A stretch of DNA of 64,000 nucleotides from an uncultured Veillonellaceae bacterium (GTDB taxonomy: Bacteria; Bacillota; Negativicutes; JARBTT01): the NCBI GenBank assembly GCA_963805085.1, contig CAWDTA010000002.1, positions 928,001 to 992,000 of the forward strand, in the 5' to 3' direction. Below, one piece after another: positions 1-10,146 of this stretch (position 1 is the stretch's first letter; every line of letters starts with the position of its first letter). The translations under genes and the position numbers were made by a program. The notes under the pieces were generated by a model. It saw only the letters and a list, made by a program, of their open reading frames with translations. It was not told the origin of the DNA and did not search any database.

Positions 1-1
1 T

Positions 2-1279
2 ATTGCCGGGACGGCTATCGGGGCGGCAGCTACGATTGGGGTGGCAGAAAACGCCTTTCAGTCTGGAATTGCTGCAGGTTGGTATAATGGTGCATGGGCT
101 GCGGGGGCTGTTTTGATGGCACTAGTGGCAGCTCGTAAGTATCGGGAGCTCAACTGTACTACTGTGCCAGAGCTTTTTGAAAGGTATTATGACAAGAAAG
201 GGCGGATCATTGCGGTACTGGGGATGATCACCCTTCAGTTAGTTATCACTTCGTTGCAGTACATTGCGGGGGGCGCTATTCTCTCATCTTTGCTGCCGGA
301 TATTTTCTCGTTTGAAGGCGGGATGATCACGAGTGCTATCGTGTTCTTCGGTACGACGATTCTTGGGGGACTCTGGTCTTCTGGATTATCAAATATTCTT
401 AGTGTAACCTTGATTTACATAGGCGTACTAATTAGCACGGTGACGATTGTTACTAGGCAGGGCGGTATTGGCGCCATTGCGGCTGCATTGCCACCCGGAG
501 TTGATTGGTTTGGACCACTAGGCGGCTTAGGAATGGCAACAGTTATCGGCTGGTTTGTGGTAATGATGACGCAGGCGATTACAGCTCAAGGACCTGTGCA
601 GGTGGCCTGTGCAGCTGTCAATGGAGCTGCAGCGAAAAAAGGTTTTTTATGGGGGGCATTACTAATGTTTCCTATCGGCTTTGCTTGTGCGATTATGGGG
701 GTGGCAGCTCGGGCTGCGCATCCTGAAATGCAGGCAACATTGGCTTTGCCTTATATGATTATGAGCTTAAATCCAGTGATCTCGGGCTTGACGTTGGCGG
801 CTCTTTGGGCGGCAGATGTGTCTACAGCCTGCCATATTTTGCTGGCGGCAGGCACGCTTTTTTCGCAGGATATTTACAAGCGTTTTATCAATCCTGAGGT
901 AAGTGACAAGCGCTACACGCTTATTAATCGTTATGCGATTTTGGGGTTAGGAATTGTGACCTTATGGTTTGCTTTTAACGCCGTAGGCATCGTAAAAACA
1001 ATGCTCATCGGGTTGAGCTTGACGACGGCATTTACATTGATCTTTCTCTTTACGATGTTCGCTCCAGGGCTGTGTAGGCGTAATTCTGCTTTTTATACCA
1101 CACTGGCTGGCATCGTGACCCTATTTATTTGGCAGTTATTTCCAATAGTGCAAATTTTTGCCCATCCCATCTATATGGAATGGCTGGTTTGCTTAGTGAC
1201 CTTCTTTGTGGTTGCTGTGGTGGATCAGGAACGAATCACGTTGCCAGAAAAACAGGTAGAAGAGGTATGTGTCGAGTAA
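2..1279 (+). CDS. Sodium:solute symporter (SSS) family transporter, 5' truncated by window edge
   Basis: Frame open from base 2; many TM segments; SSS-like motifs IGAAATIGVAE, TVPELFERYYD, LWAADVST. Confidence 0.85.
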   Translation: MAGTAIGAAATIGVAENAFQSGIAAGWYNGAWAAGAVLMALVAARKYRELNCTTVPELFERYYDKKGRIIAVLGMITLQLVITSLQYIAGGAILSSLLPDIFSFEGGMITSAIVFFGTTILGGLWSSGLSNILSVTLIYIGVLISTVTIVTRQGGIGAIAAALPPGVDWFGPLGGLGMATVIGWFVVMMTQAITAQGPVQVACAAVNGAAAKKGFLWGALLMFPIGFACAIMGVAARAAHPEMQATLALPYMIMSLNPVISGLTLAALWAADVSTACHILLAAGTLFSQDIYKRFINPEVSDKRYTLINRYAILGLGIVTLWFAFNAVGIVKTMLIGLSLTTAFTLIFLFTMFAPGLCRRNSAFYTTLAGIVTLFIWQLFPIVQIFAHPIYMEWLVCLVTFFVVAVVDQERITLPEKQVEEVCVE

Positions 1280-1301
1280 TCAGATGAAACAATTGTCTTG
1301 A

Positions 1302-2615
1302 TTATAGAATATTAATTTGCACAATTCTACTGGGTCTACCATTTTTATTTAGAGAGCGCTTACCAACTTCAAAGCAAAATTCATGCTTCATTAATTTAAC
1401 GATGATTCTGTTCATCGTTCTGAGGGTGACACCTAGTAGTTCAGCAAGTTCAGAAGATGTAAATTGATTTTTGCCTTGCCTTTTTATAATACTGTGTAAA
1501 TGAAAAATCGTATTGATGCTAATTTCTGTTTTATCAGAAATAGTAAGAAATTTTTCGTCGATTTTAGGTTCTGGGGAGAGCTTCTTTTGGGAATGAAGGG
1601 GACCGATAATTTTGGTTTTGCTGTACACAATAAAAGCCGTATCACCACCTAATGTACTAGACCGCTGCATCCCTAGATTGGCATTAGATTTGGCTTCTTG
1701 GGCAGTAGCTCCATAGCCGACACCAACGCTTAAGGTACTGGCGGTATGCTTTTTTATGGTGTGCATAATATCGATTTTTTCAAAGTTATTCGTTACGCTC
1801 TCTAATAAATATTTAGTAGAAAATAAAAGATATTCGCGTACGCCGACTTCGACGACAGCAGCTTTGATACTTTGGGCAAAAATATAGATTTGTCGTGTAA
1901 CATTTGTGCGATCAATAATATATTGATACTCATCATCATTAAAGACGGAGTATTCACTAGGGGTGTCAATTTGTAGATAGAGGGCAACGATTTGACTCTG
2001 TTGGCTGATTTGTACTAAGTGGTTTAACTGTATTTTATGCAGTGTTTGTCGAATCGCACTGGCAGTGGGGAAATAGAGATAGCAGGGAATCTCTTTAGCG
2101 CGTAATTGTTGATAGACAGTATAAGAGGCCGTGATACAGCAAGAGGCTTTTTTATAGAGATAATTTTGCTCGTGAGCTGCGCAAGCGTAGGCACTGTAAG
2201 TATCATCATAAGGAATATCTGGAATCGTGTAAATTTCAAAGTTGTTATAGTCTAGACCTAGTTCCCGGTAAGTTTCCTGTAGCTGCGTCTGGTCATAAAG
2301 GTCAGTGCTGATATGAAAAATGTTATGCTGCGCAGATAAAGTAATTTGCAGTAAAATCTGCAAAAGTGAACTGCCACTGCGCGGTACTGATTCCCAAGGA
2401 ATGGTTGGCGTAATATGCTTTTCTGCGTAAGTTAGAACGTTTTTGCCAGTAAAGAGCAGGGCGTCTAATTGACCTTGCTCTTTGGCAAGGATGGTGGGCA
2501 GCTCTAAAAAGCTTTTGTAAAGATAGAGTATCGGTTGTATTTGCAGAAAATCTTTCTTAATAATCGGTATAATTTTATCGGCAATTTCCAAAGGAGCCGC
2601 AATGCCTAATCTCAT
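1302..2615 (-). CDS. Transcriptional regulator with C-terminal HTH, divergent from the MFS/racemase operon
   Basis: C-terminal HTH (FTSSELAELLGVTLRTMNRII...GRP); central cyclase-like segment LSVGVGYGATAQEA; RBS GAGGTG. Confidence 0.7.
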   Translation of the reverse strand: MRLGIAAPLEIADKIIPIIKKDFLQIQPILYLYKSFLELPTILAKEQGQLDALLFTGKNVLTYAEKHITPTIPWESVPRSGSSLLQILLQITLSAQHNIFHISTDLYDQTQLQETYRELGLDYNNFEIYTIPDIPYDDTYSAYACAAHEQNYLYKKASCCITASYTVYQQLRAKEIPCYLYFPTASAIRQTLHKIQLNHLVQISQQSQIVALYLQIDTPSEYSVFNDDEYQYIIDRTNVTRQIYIFAQSIKAAVVEVGVREYLLFSTKYLLESVTNNFEKIDIMHTIKKHTASTLSVGVGYGATAQEAKSNANLGMQRSSTLGGDTAFIVYSKTKIIGPLHSQKKLSPEPKIDEKFLTISDKTEISINTIFHLHSIIKRQGKNQFTSSELAELLGVTLRTMNRIIVKLMKHEFCFEVGKRSLNKNGRPSRIVQINIL

Positions 2616-2891
2616 GATGTATCACCTCGTACAATTGACTACGGAAATCTTCATTAAATGTATTTGTGGACAGTATAAAGGGCTATTAAAGACACACATT
2701 TGTTTATATAATAGCATTAATAACTCGAAAGACATAATTAAATTTATAAAAATATAAAATGTATGTTTTATATTGTGTAATTCTGTAATAGTCTACTGCA
2801 GTGAAATATTATAGAATAGTTTATGTTTTGATGAATGAGGAAAAAGCATGCTCCTTTCATTTCATCAGAGAGTGGAATACTTAAATAGAAT

Positions 2892-2941
2892 TGGCAATGT
2901 AGCCATTAACGCAAACTTAAGCGTTAATGGCTATTTTTTTT
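2892..2941 (+). promoter_or_regulatory. Leader terminator with overlapping ANTAR-like hairpin
   Basis: TAGCCATTAACGC-loop-GCGTTAATGGCTA plus T-run, 55 nt before the MFS start; TGGC-AATGTA-GCCA hexaloop hairpin overlaps the 5' arm. Confidence 0.55.
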
Positions 2942-2996
2942 AGTGATTTCTAGGTATTGAGATGAGAGTCGTAATAAATATAAGGAGGCGCTAGCT

Positions 2997-4256
2997 ATGG
3001 GGATTGTTAACAATATAAAAGGTGGAAATAAGTATTTGGCGTTTGTGTTACTGTATGTTGGGTTTTGTATTTCCTATATTGATCGGGCTGCCATCAATAT
3101 TGCGTTAGCTTCAATTGGACAGGAGTTTAGTTTAAATCCTTCGGCTATGGGGGTCGTTCTTAGTACTTTTTTTGTGGGTTATGCAATTATGCAGGTGCCT
3201 GGTGGCTGGCTTTCAGATAAGTTTGGTTCTAAAAAGGTTATTATAATATCGCTATTCTTGTGGTCTGTATTTACAATGGGCACAGGGTATGCTTGGTCGT
3301 TAACAGCATTGATTGTCATTCGTTTTATATTTGGTATCGGGGAAGGTTCTTTTCCCCCAGCAAGTTTACGAGCTATTGCAGAATATTTTCCTAAAACAGA
3401 CCGACCAAAAATGGCAGCTGCGCTATTATCATCAAATTATGTAGGTAGTGCAATTGCACCAATGATGATTGTACCTTTAATGTTAGCTTTTGGCTGGAGA
3501 AATATGTTTCATATTTTCGGAATATTGGGGATTGTTTACATTGTAGTGTATTGGTTTTTGATTAAGCCTGCTAAAGTTGAAGAGGCTGAGCAAGTCGCTG
3601 CTGGCGATAAGAAAAAAATCAATATGAAAGAATTATTAAAAATGCCGATTATGTGGCAATTGGTAATCGCGTGGTTTGCGCTAAGTTTAGTTAATAAGGG
3701 GCTAGATTCTTGGATGCCTACCTACTTATTAACAGTACGACATTTAGATTTGAAATCAGTAGGGTTATTAACACCATTACCATTTGTGGCAGCTGGTATT
3801 TCTACCGCGATAGGTGGTTGGGTTATGGATCGTTTCTTTGATGGGCGCGAAAAGTATTTACTCGTATCTTGCGCTTTATTGACAGGATTTTTCTTGTATT
3901 TTATGTATACGGCCGAAACAGTAATGATGGTCATTGCTTTTCAAAGTTTAGTATATTTTTTTAAGTCTTTTGTATTTGCCGCGGCGTTGTCGCTACCGAT
4001 GAAATTGTTACCAGGATCGATATCCGGTTCAGCTTCAGGGTTAATTAATGTAGGTGGACAATCAGCAGGTTTTGTGGCTCCAATCGCTATTGGTCTCATG
4101 ATCACCGCTTTCAATGGTTCCTATGATGCTGTGTTTTGGTTCTTAATTGCTGCAGCTTGTTTATCCGCGTTGTCTAGTGTAACAATAAAAAATAGAGCGA
4201 AAAAAGAACAAAGCAATTCTATAGAAAATCATGAGGAGATTGTAACATGCAAATAA
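2997..4256 (+). CDS. MFS transporter (ACS-like family)
   Basis: About 12 TM; motif A GGWLSDKFGSKK; YIDR motif; RFIFGIGE. Confidence 0.9.
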   Translation: MGIVNNIKGGNKYLAFVLLYVGFCISYIDRAAINIALASIGQEFSLNPSAMGVVLSTFFVGYAIMQVPGGWLSDKFGSKKVIIISLFLWSVFTMGTGYAWSLTALIVIRFIFGIGEGSFPPASLRAIAEYFPKTDRPKMAAALLSSNYVGSAIAPMMIVPLMLAFGWRNMFHIFGILGIVYIVVYWFLIKPAKVEEAEQVAAGDKKKINMKELLKMPIMWQLVIAWFALSLVNKGLDSWMPTYLLTVRHLDLKSVGLLTPLPFVAAGISTAIGGWVMDRFFDGREKYLLVSCALLTGFFLYFMYTAETVMMVIAFQSLVYFFKSFVFAAALSLPMKLLPGSISGSASGLINVGGQSAGFVAPIAIGLMITAFNGSYDAVFWFLIAAACLSALSSVTIKNRAKKEQSNSIENHEEIVTCK

Positions 4257-5359
4257 AAAAAATAGTATTACGCAAAATGAAGATGGAAATGAAAGTTCCT
4301 TTTGAAACCAGTTTTGGTGTAACGACCAGTAAGCAGTTTATCATGGTAGAATTGCATACGAAGGAGCATATCGGCTATGGTGATTGTTCGGCTTTTGCCG
4401 CTCCTTGGTATAATGAAGAAACAACAGAAACTGCTTGGCATATGCTGCAGGATTATCTAGTTCCTATCTTGTATAGTAACGATGAGATTTCACATCCAGA
4501 GCAAATACAAAAGCAAGTGGAATGGATTAGACGCAATAAAATGGCGAAAGCATCAATCGATTGTGCGCTTTGGGATTTATACGCAAAAGAAAGAAATATC
4601 AGTGTAGCAAAAGCCTTAGGTGGCACACGACATGAGATTGAGACCGGAATTAGTCTTGGCATTCAAAAAAGCCCAGAGGATCTTGTACGGGTTGTAGAAA
4701 AATACATGGGGGAAGGATATCGTCGCGTTAAAATAAAAATTAAGCCGGGCAAAGATTTGCAATATTTATCGGCAGTGCGGAAAGAATTTGGCGATATTAT
4801 GCTGATGGCAGATGCGAACTCGGCCTATACGCTAAATGATATCGAACTTTTTAAAGAACTGGATAAACTCAACTTATTGATGATTGAGCAACCTTTAGCT
4901 CATGATGATATTGTGGACCATCGGGAACTGCAGTCGATGATGAAAACTAGGATTTGCTTAGATGAAAGCATTCATTCGGTAGAAGATGCCCGCAAAGCGA
5001 TTGGACTTGGTAGTACAAAAACCATTAATATTAAAGTAGCAAGGGTCGGTGGTTTGACGGAAGCCAAGAAAATTCACGATCTTTGCCAAATTCATGATAT
5101 TCCTGTTTGGTGTGGTGGGATGCTCGATACTGGGATTGCCCGTGCCCATAACATTGCAGTAGCTTCGCTACCTAACTATCAATTCCCAGGGGATGTGCCA
5201 GCATCAGATCGATATTGGGAGCATGATTTGATGTCACCGTCTGTTATCATTGATAAAAATGCGATGATACAAGTGCCTACTGCGCCGGGGATTGGTTTTG
5301 AGCCAGTTGCAGAATTAGTAGACCGTTTTACGCTTGAGAAAAAAGAAATTATCAGATAA
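4247..5359 (+). CDS. menC: o-succinylbenzoate synthase / N-acylamino acid racemase (enolase superfamily)
   Basis: PFETSFG, KIKIKPG (KxK), DANSAY, EQP, DES, NIKVARVGG, CGGML motifs. Confidence 0.85.
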   Translation: MQIKKIVLRKMKMEMKVPFETSFGVTTSKQFIMVELHTKEHIGYGDCSAFAAPWYNEETTETAWHMLQDYLVPILYSNDEISHPEQIQKQVEWIRRNKMAKASIDCALWDLYAKERNISVAKALGGTRHEIETGISLGIQKSPEDLVRVVEKYMGEGYRRVKIKIKPGKDLQYLSAVRKEFGDIMLMADANSAYTLNDIELFKELDKLNLLMIEQPLAHDDIVDHRELQSMMKTRICLDESIHSVEDARKAIGLGSTKTINIKVARVGGLTEAKKIHDLCQIHDIPVWCGGMLDTGIARAHNIAVASLPNYQFPGDVPASDRYWEHDLMSPSVIIDKNAMIQVPTAPGIGFEPVAELVDRFTLEKKEIIR

Positions 5360-5468
5360 GATGAAAAAGGGGGGAGTATTTTACTCTCCCTTCTACAATC
5401 CAAAAGAGAATAGAATCCCTATGTAATGTGCTAATATACCAGATGAAGTTAATGGAGGTAGTAGTGAC

Positions 5469-6638
5469 ATGCAAAAGCAGCAGGCATTTGATTTTGTAGA
5501 GCAACATAGAGAAGATATGCTGGCGTTGTGGGAGTTGTTAGTGAATCATGACAGCGGCAGTGATGACAAAGCTGGAATTGATGCTCTGCAAGAAAAACTT
5601 AAAAAAATCTTAGAAGCAGAAGGCGGTAAAGTTCATTTAGTAGAATATAAGCAGGCAGGCAATATGCTCGTTGCGGAATTTGGTGAGGCAAGAAATGCCG
5701 CGCCCGTTATTTTCGTTGGGCATATTGATACTGTATTTACCACTGGTACGAGTAAAAAAAGACCTTTTACCATCAAAGACGGCAAAGCCTATGGTCCGGG
5801 GGTACTGGATATGAAAGGTGGCGTTGTTACGCTTCTTTATGCGCTAAAAGCATTGAATGCCGCTAACTTTTCGGAGCGTCCGATTAAAGTGCTTTTAGCT
5901 GGTGATGAAGAAAATGGCCATCTGAAATCTACGGCGGCAGAAGACCTCGTAAAAGAAGCTACCGGCGCGATTGCTGCGCTGAACGGTGAAACAGGCTTTA
6001 TTGATGATGCTATTGTGGTTGGACGTAAGGGCGTAGCCGGTTTTACTTTAGAAACTTTTGGGGTAGCGGCTCATGTAGGAAATGAACCGGAAAAAGGGCG
6101 GAGTGCGATTGTCGAGATTGCTCATAAACTTCTTGAAATTGAACAGCTTACGGATTGGGAAAAATGTATTTCTGTTAATGTTGGTGTCATTGAAGGTGGT
6201 ACTGTGCAGAATGCTACACCTGATTATGCTAAGATTAAAATTGATGTACGTTTTACGGCAGAAAAAGATGTTGAAAACCTTCATCAGCAATTACAAGTGA
6301 TTGCTGAAAAAACGTATGTGGAAGGCACGACGACGACCGTAACGCCAGGCGTCTGTTTTAAGCCGATGTATACCACGGAAGAGGTAAAAACTTTATTCTC
6401 CTTAGTAAAAGAAACCGCCGAAGAAAATGGGCTAGGTTCCTTATATCAGAAAAAAGTAGGCGGTGGGTCAGACTCAGCTTACATGATAATGGCTGGAGTA
6501 CCTACGGTTTGCGCTATGGGTGTCAAAGGTGGACGCAATCATAGTGCGGAGGAATATGCTATAGTTGATACTTTATTTGAACGTACGAAGCTCTTGGCAG
6601 CAACGGTGCTTAAACTCAAAGAATTTAACATGAAATAA
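5469..6638 (+). CDS. M20 family metallopeptidase/amidohydrolase (carboxypeptidase G2-like)
   Basis: [36 protein letters not shown]. Confidence 0.9.
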   Translation: MQKQQAFDFVEQHREDMLALWELLVNHDSGSDDKAGIDALQEKLKKILEAEGGKVHLVEYKQAGNMLVAEFGEARNAAPVIFVGHIDTVFTTGTSKKRPFTIKDGKAYGPGVLDMKGGVVTLLYALKALNAANFSERPIKVLLAGDEENGHLKSTAAEDLVKEATGAIAALNGETGFIDDAIVVGRKGVAGFTLETFGVAAHVGNEPEKGRSAIVEIAHKLLEIEQLTDWEKCISVNVGVIEGGTVQNATPDYAKIKIDVRFTAEKDVENLHQQLQVIAEKTYVEGTTTTVTPGVCFKPMYTTEEVKTLFSLVKETAEENGLGSLYQKKVGGGSDSAYMIMAGVPTVCAMGVKGGRNHSAEEYAIVDTLFERTKLLAATVLKLKEFNMK

Positions 6639-6692
6639 GCATAGATAAAAATGATAATAGCGACGAAGATAAATGTGAGGGGGATTATACTT

Positions 6693-8087
6693 ATGTCGAA
6701 GATCATCCTAGGACAAAGTATAGAAAAATGGCAAGAAAAATATCCATTATTGCAAGAACTTATGAAGCTTAAAGAAGTAATATGGGTAAATTCTTCGTTG
6801 GTAAATTGTAAAGATAGAGTGATTGCAAAGGATGTAAGGCGTGCAGATATAGAAGATGCACAAGCACGGTTAGTAAGGTTTGCACCGTATATTGCCAAAG
6901 TATTTCCGGAAACTAAGCCAGTCCAGGGGATGATTGAATCTCCCTTAGTGAAAATAGAAAAAATGCAACATAAATTGCAAGACTTATACAAGTATGACTT
7001 GCCAGGCGATTTATATCTTAAATGCGATAGTCACTTACCTATTTCTGGCTCCATTAAAGCCCGCGGTGGCATTTATGAAGTGCTAAAGGTCGCAGAAACG
7101 ATTGCGTTAGAATCAAAGCAATTGACACTGCAAGATAGTTATGAGGTGCTGGCGCAACCAGAATATAAAAAATTATTTTCAACGTATTCTATTGCGGTTG
7201 GTTCTACTGGGAATTTAGGACTGAGTATCGGTATTATGGGCGCTGTTCTTGGGTTTAAGGTTGTGGTTCATATGTCTGCGGATGCTAAGCAATGGAAAAA
7301 AGATATGCTGCGGTCTAAAGGTGTTACGGTCGTAGAATATGATGCCGATTATGGCGAGGCGGTGGCGGCGGGACGACGACAGGCAGAAAATGATCCTACC
7401 TGTCATTTTATTGATGATGAGAATTCTAAAGATTTATTTTTAGGCTATGCCGTAGCGGCCAAACGGTTGAAAGAGCAACTGGCAGAGCAGAACATTATCG
7501 TCGATGAAGAGCATCCGCTGTTTGTATATTTACCTTGTGGTGTAGGCGGTGGACCAGGGGGCATTACCTTTGGCCTTAGAACCTTCTTTGGCAATCATGT
7601 GCATTGCTTTTTTGCCGAACCAACCCATTCTCCCGCAATGCTATTAGGGTTAATGACAGGACTGCATGATAAGATTGCGGTGCAAGATTTTGGGATTGAT
7701 AATGTTACTGCCGCGGATGGCCTGGCAGTAGGTCGTCCATCAGGCTTTGTTGGGAAAACCTTAGAGAAAGATATTAGCGGTGTCGTTACGAGTGCCGATG
7801 AAACTTTATATACCTTACTGCGGCTATTAGCAGATGAGGAAAATATTTATTTAGAACCATCCGCTTTGGCAGGCTTTTTAGGCCCTGTGAAATTATTTGC
7901 GGAATCTTGCGGGCAGCAGTACTTGGCGCAGCAAAAGCTGACAGAATGTATGTCAAAAGCAACGCATATTGTCTGGGCTACTGGTGGCAGTATGGTACCA
8001 AAGGCGATGATGGAGTATTTTTATCAACAAGGGGAGCAAGAACATATAGGAGGCAAGCAATATGGAAAAAGTATTAGCAAGTATTGA
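6693..8087 (+). CDS. dsdA: D-serine ammonia-lyase
   Basis: PLP motif [23 protein letters not shown]; [11 protein letters not shown]; [11 protein letters not shown]; WATGGSMVP. Start moved to ATG 6693 after the GAGGGG RBS. Confidence 0.92.
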   Translation: MSKIILGQSIEKWQEKYPLLQELMKLKEVIWVNSSLVNCKDRVIAKDVRRADIEDAQARLVRFAPYIAKVFPETKPVQGMIESPLVKIEKMQHKLQDLYKYDLPGDLYLKCDSHLPISGSIKARGGIYEVLKVAETIALESKQLTLQDSYEVLAQPEYKKLFSTYSIAVGSTGNLGLSIGIMGAVLGFKVVVHMSADAKQWKKDMLRSKGVTVVEYDADYGEAVAAGRRQAENDPTCHFIDDENSKDLFLGYAVAAKRLKEQLAEQNIIVDEEHPLFVYLPCGVGGGPGGITFGLRTFFGNHVHCFFAEPTHSPAMLLGLMTGLHDKIAVQDFGIDNVTAADGLAVGRPSGFVGKTLEKDISGVVTSADETLYTLLRLLADEENIYLEPSALAGFLGPVKLFAESCGQQYLAQQKLTECMSKATHIVWATGGSMVPKAMMEYFYQQGEQEHIGGKQYGKSISKY

Positions 8088-9204
8088 GGCACAAGAAGAA
8101 AATATCATTGCTTTTTTAGAAAAAATGGTCAACATTGATTCTGGCAAAGATGATCCAGAGGGAAATCTGCAAGTAGCAGAAATGATTGGTACGAAATTAA
8201 CGGCGATGGGCTTTGCCGTAGAGTATATAAAATGCGATGGTATTTGCACGCATGTAAAAGGCTTCAAAAAAGGTACTGGTAATAAAAAAGTTATGGTCAT
8301 GGGGCATTTGGACACAATTCAGCCCAAAGGTTCAGCAAAAGATCGTCCTTTTGTAATTAAAGATGGGAAAGCATATGGCCCTGGGGTTTTGGATATGAAG
8401 GGCGGGATTGCTGTAACATTGTTTGCGCTGCAGGCTTTATATGAAGAAGGATGGGATGATAAAGATGTCACAGTATTTTTCTGTGGTGACGAAGAACACG
8501 CGCATCCGCATACAAATGTGACAGAACTCTTTGCAAAAGAAGCCTATGGTAAAGATGCCATATTCAATATGGAAACGGCCAGCATGGGGCATTCTGCATT
8601 GATTGGTCGTAAAGGTAATTTATATGCAGAACTAGAGGTAAAGGGCACTTCGGCACATGCCGGAGCCGATATGGAAAAAGGTGCAAATGCGATTATTGAA
8701 TTGGCACATAAGGCGATTGTCATTAGTGAGCTCACGGATTTTCCCAAAGGGTTAACTTGGAATGTGGGGGCGATTGAAGGTGGTTTAATCTCAAATGCTG
8801 TGCCAGATCGCGCCAAAATAAAAATCGATATCCGCTATTTCAAAGAAACGGATAGAGATCATGCCATTAAATGTTTAAAGAAAATAGCTGCTACGAATTA
8901 TGTTGCTGGGACGACTACAAAAATCGTGAATATGCAAGAACGTTTTCCACCAATGGTCGTAACGGAGGGCAATCAGCAATTATTTGATATTGTGCAAGCG
9001 CAAGGTAAAAAAATTGGTTTAGCTATGGTTGCCAAAGTCGGGGGCGGTTCTTCTGATGCTGGCTGGACGGCGTGTGCCAATGTACCGAGTCTATGTGGTA
9101 TGGGTGCCATCGGAGAGTTTAATCATACGATGCGTGAATATATTTTTGTCGACAGCTTAGTGCAACGGGCAAAATTATTAGCGTTATCAATTGAGGCGTT
9201 GTAA
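8062..9204 (+). CDS. Second M20 family metallopeptidase/amidohydrolase
   Basis: [29 protein letters not shown]; paralog of 5469-6638. Confidence 0.9.
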   Translation: MEKVLASIEAQEENIIAFLEKMVNIDSGKDDPEGNLQVAEMIGTKLTAMGFAVEYIKCDGICTHVKGFKKGTGNKKVMVMGHLDTIQPKGSAKDRPFVIKDGKAYGPGVLDMKGGIAVTLFALQALYEEGWDDKDVTVFFCGDEEHAHPHTNVTELFAKEAYGKDAIFNMETASMGHSALIGRKGNLYAELEVKGTSAHAGADMEKGANAIIELAHKAIVISELTDFPKGLTWNVGAIEGGLISNAVPDRAKIKIDIRYFKETDRDHAIKCLKKIAATNYVAGTTTKIVNMQERFPPMVVTEGNQQLFDIVQAQGKKIGLAMVAKVGGGSSDAGWTACANVPSLCGMGAIGEFNHTMREYIFVDSLVQRAKLLALSIEAL

Positions 9205-9444
9205 AAATTATAAAAGTAAAGTAGGAACAAGACTGAGTATTAAAAATTGTAGTCGATAAAAAACAAGTGACAAAGAAACTAGATAACAAAAAGAGCGAAT
9301 GCTGACATGCATTCGCTCTTATCAATATCGCCCTCTACTGCGATAAGAAAAGCGGCATACATGAACAAAGAAAACTTTCATTCTTCATGTATGCCGCCAT
9401 TGGCAATACTATTATTTTGTCGTAGTGATTAATCTACAAAAATG

Positions 9445-9585
9445 TTAAGCTTTTTTGACGATGATTAACTTACAATTGTGACACTTTGGTAGGTAGGCAT
9501 CGTATTCTTCAGGTGATACAGCAGCATTTGCATAGCATTTACCTTTCATACAATATACGCATTGACAATTTTCTTCTTGGCTCAT
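9445..9585 (-). CDS. Small 46-aa Cys-rich protein (not in ORF track)
   Basis: Hand translation MSQEENCQCVYCMKGKCYANAAVSPEEYDAYLPKCHNCKLIIVKKA*; RBS AAGGGAG upstream. Confidence 0.6.
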   Translation of the reverse strand: MSQEENCQCVYCMKGKCYANAAVSPEEYDAYLPKCHNCKLIIVKKA

Positions 9586-9922
9586 AGAGGGCACTCCCTT
9601 TCAATAATTTGATTTTTATTTCAGATGGAAAAATCCAATCCTGAAAGTAATGAAAAATATTTTTATAATGTATATTCTTAAATCAATCTACATTTTTTAT
9701 TATAGCTATATTAAAAAAATAGTAAATAACTTTACAGTATGTATACAAAATAATTGAATTGTATACAGTATATGATAATACAAAGTAAAACTTAAATGTA
9801 TAATTAGTATAAATATCCATAGAATATACTTAGTGGTTATGACCTTTAACAAGATTCATACTTGAAATGCATTTTTAAGAGTGATAGAATAAAAATGTTG
9901 CGGTAAGGATAAAATTTAATAT

Positions 9923-9996
9923 GCGGGCGTAGCTCAATGGTAGAGCGCTTGCTTCCCAAGCAAGACACGAGGGTTCGATTCCCTTCGCCCGCTCCA
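9923..9996 (+). tRNA. tRNA-Gly (anticodon CCC)
   Basis: Acceptor stem GCGGGCG/CGCCCGC, D arm AGCTCAATGGTAGAGC, anticodon arm CTTGC-TTCCCAA-GCAAG, T arm GAGGGTTCGATTCCCTT, encoded CCA. Confidence 0.97.
9949..9996 (+). repeat. attL core (3' part of tRNA-Gly)
   Basis: TTGCTTCCCAAGCAAGACACGAGGGTTCGATTCCCTTCGCCCGCTCCA, 47/48 identical to 39918-39965. Confidence 0.95.
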
Positions 9997-10007
9997 CAAG
10001 TAAATTA

Positions 10008-10041
10008 AGCCCTCACAGGGATTCCTGTGAGGGCTATTTTT
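10008..10041 (+). terminator. Intrinsic terminator after the tRNA (element-supplied)
   Basis: AGCCCTCACAGG-GATT-CCTGTGAGGGCT-ATTTTT. Confidence 0.85.
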
Positions 10042-10049
10042 GTGTGAAA

Positions 10050-10068
10050 ACACCTTATTTACACCTTA
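10050..10068 (+). repeat. Putative integrase arm-type sites (left)
   Basis: ACACCTTA at 10050 and 10061 (11-bp period); the motif recurs near attR. Confidence 0.65.
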
Positions 10069-10146
10069 TGGTGAATGAAATGAGAATGACAGCTTCAATT
10101 TCAACCCAAATCTATTGCAAGGCTATTTTTTATAGGTATATTTAGT

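Noticed and set aside
4247-5359. Menaquinone biosynthesis locus
   Set aside because: No other men genes nearby; context points to racemase function.
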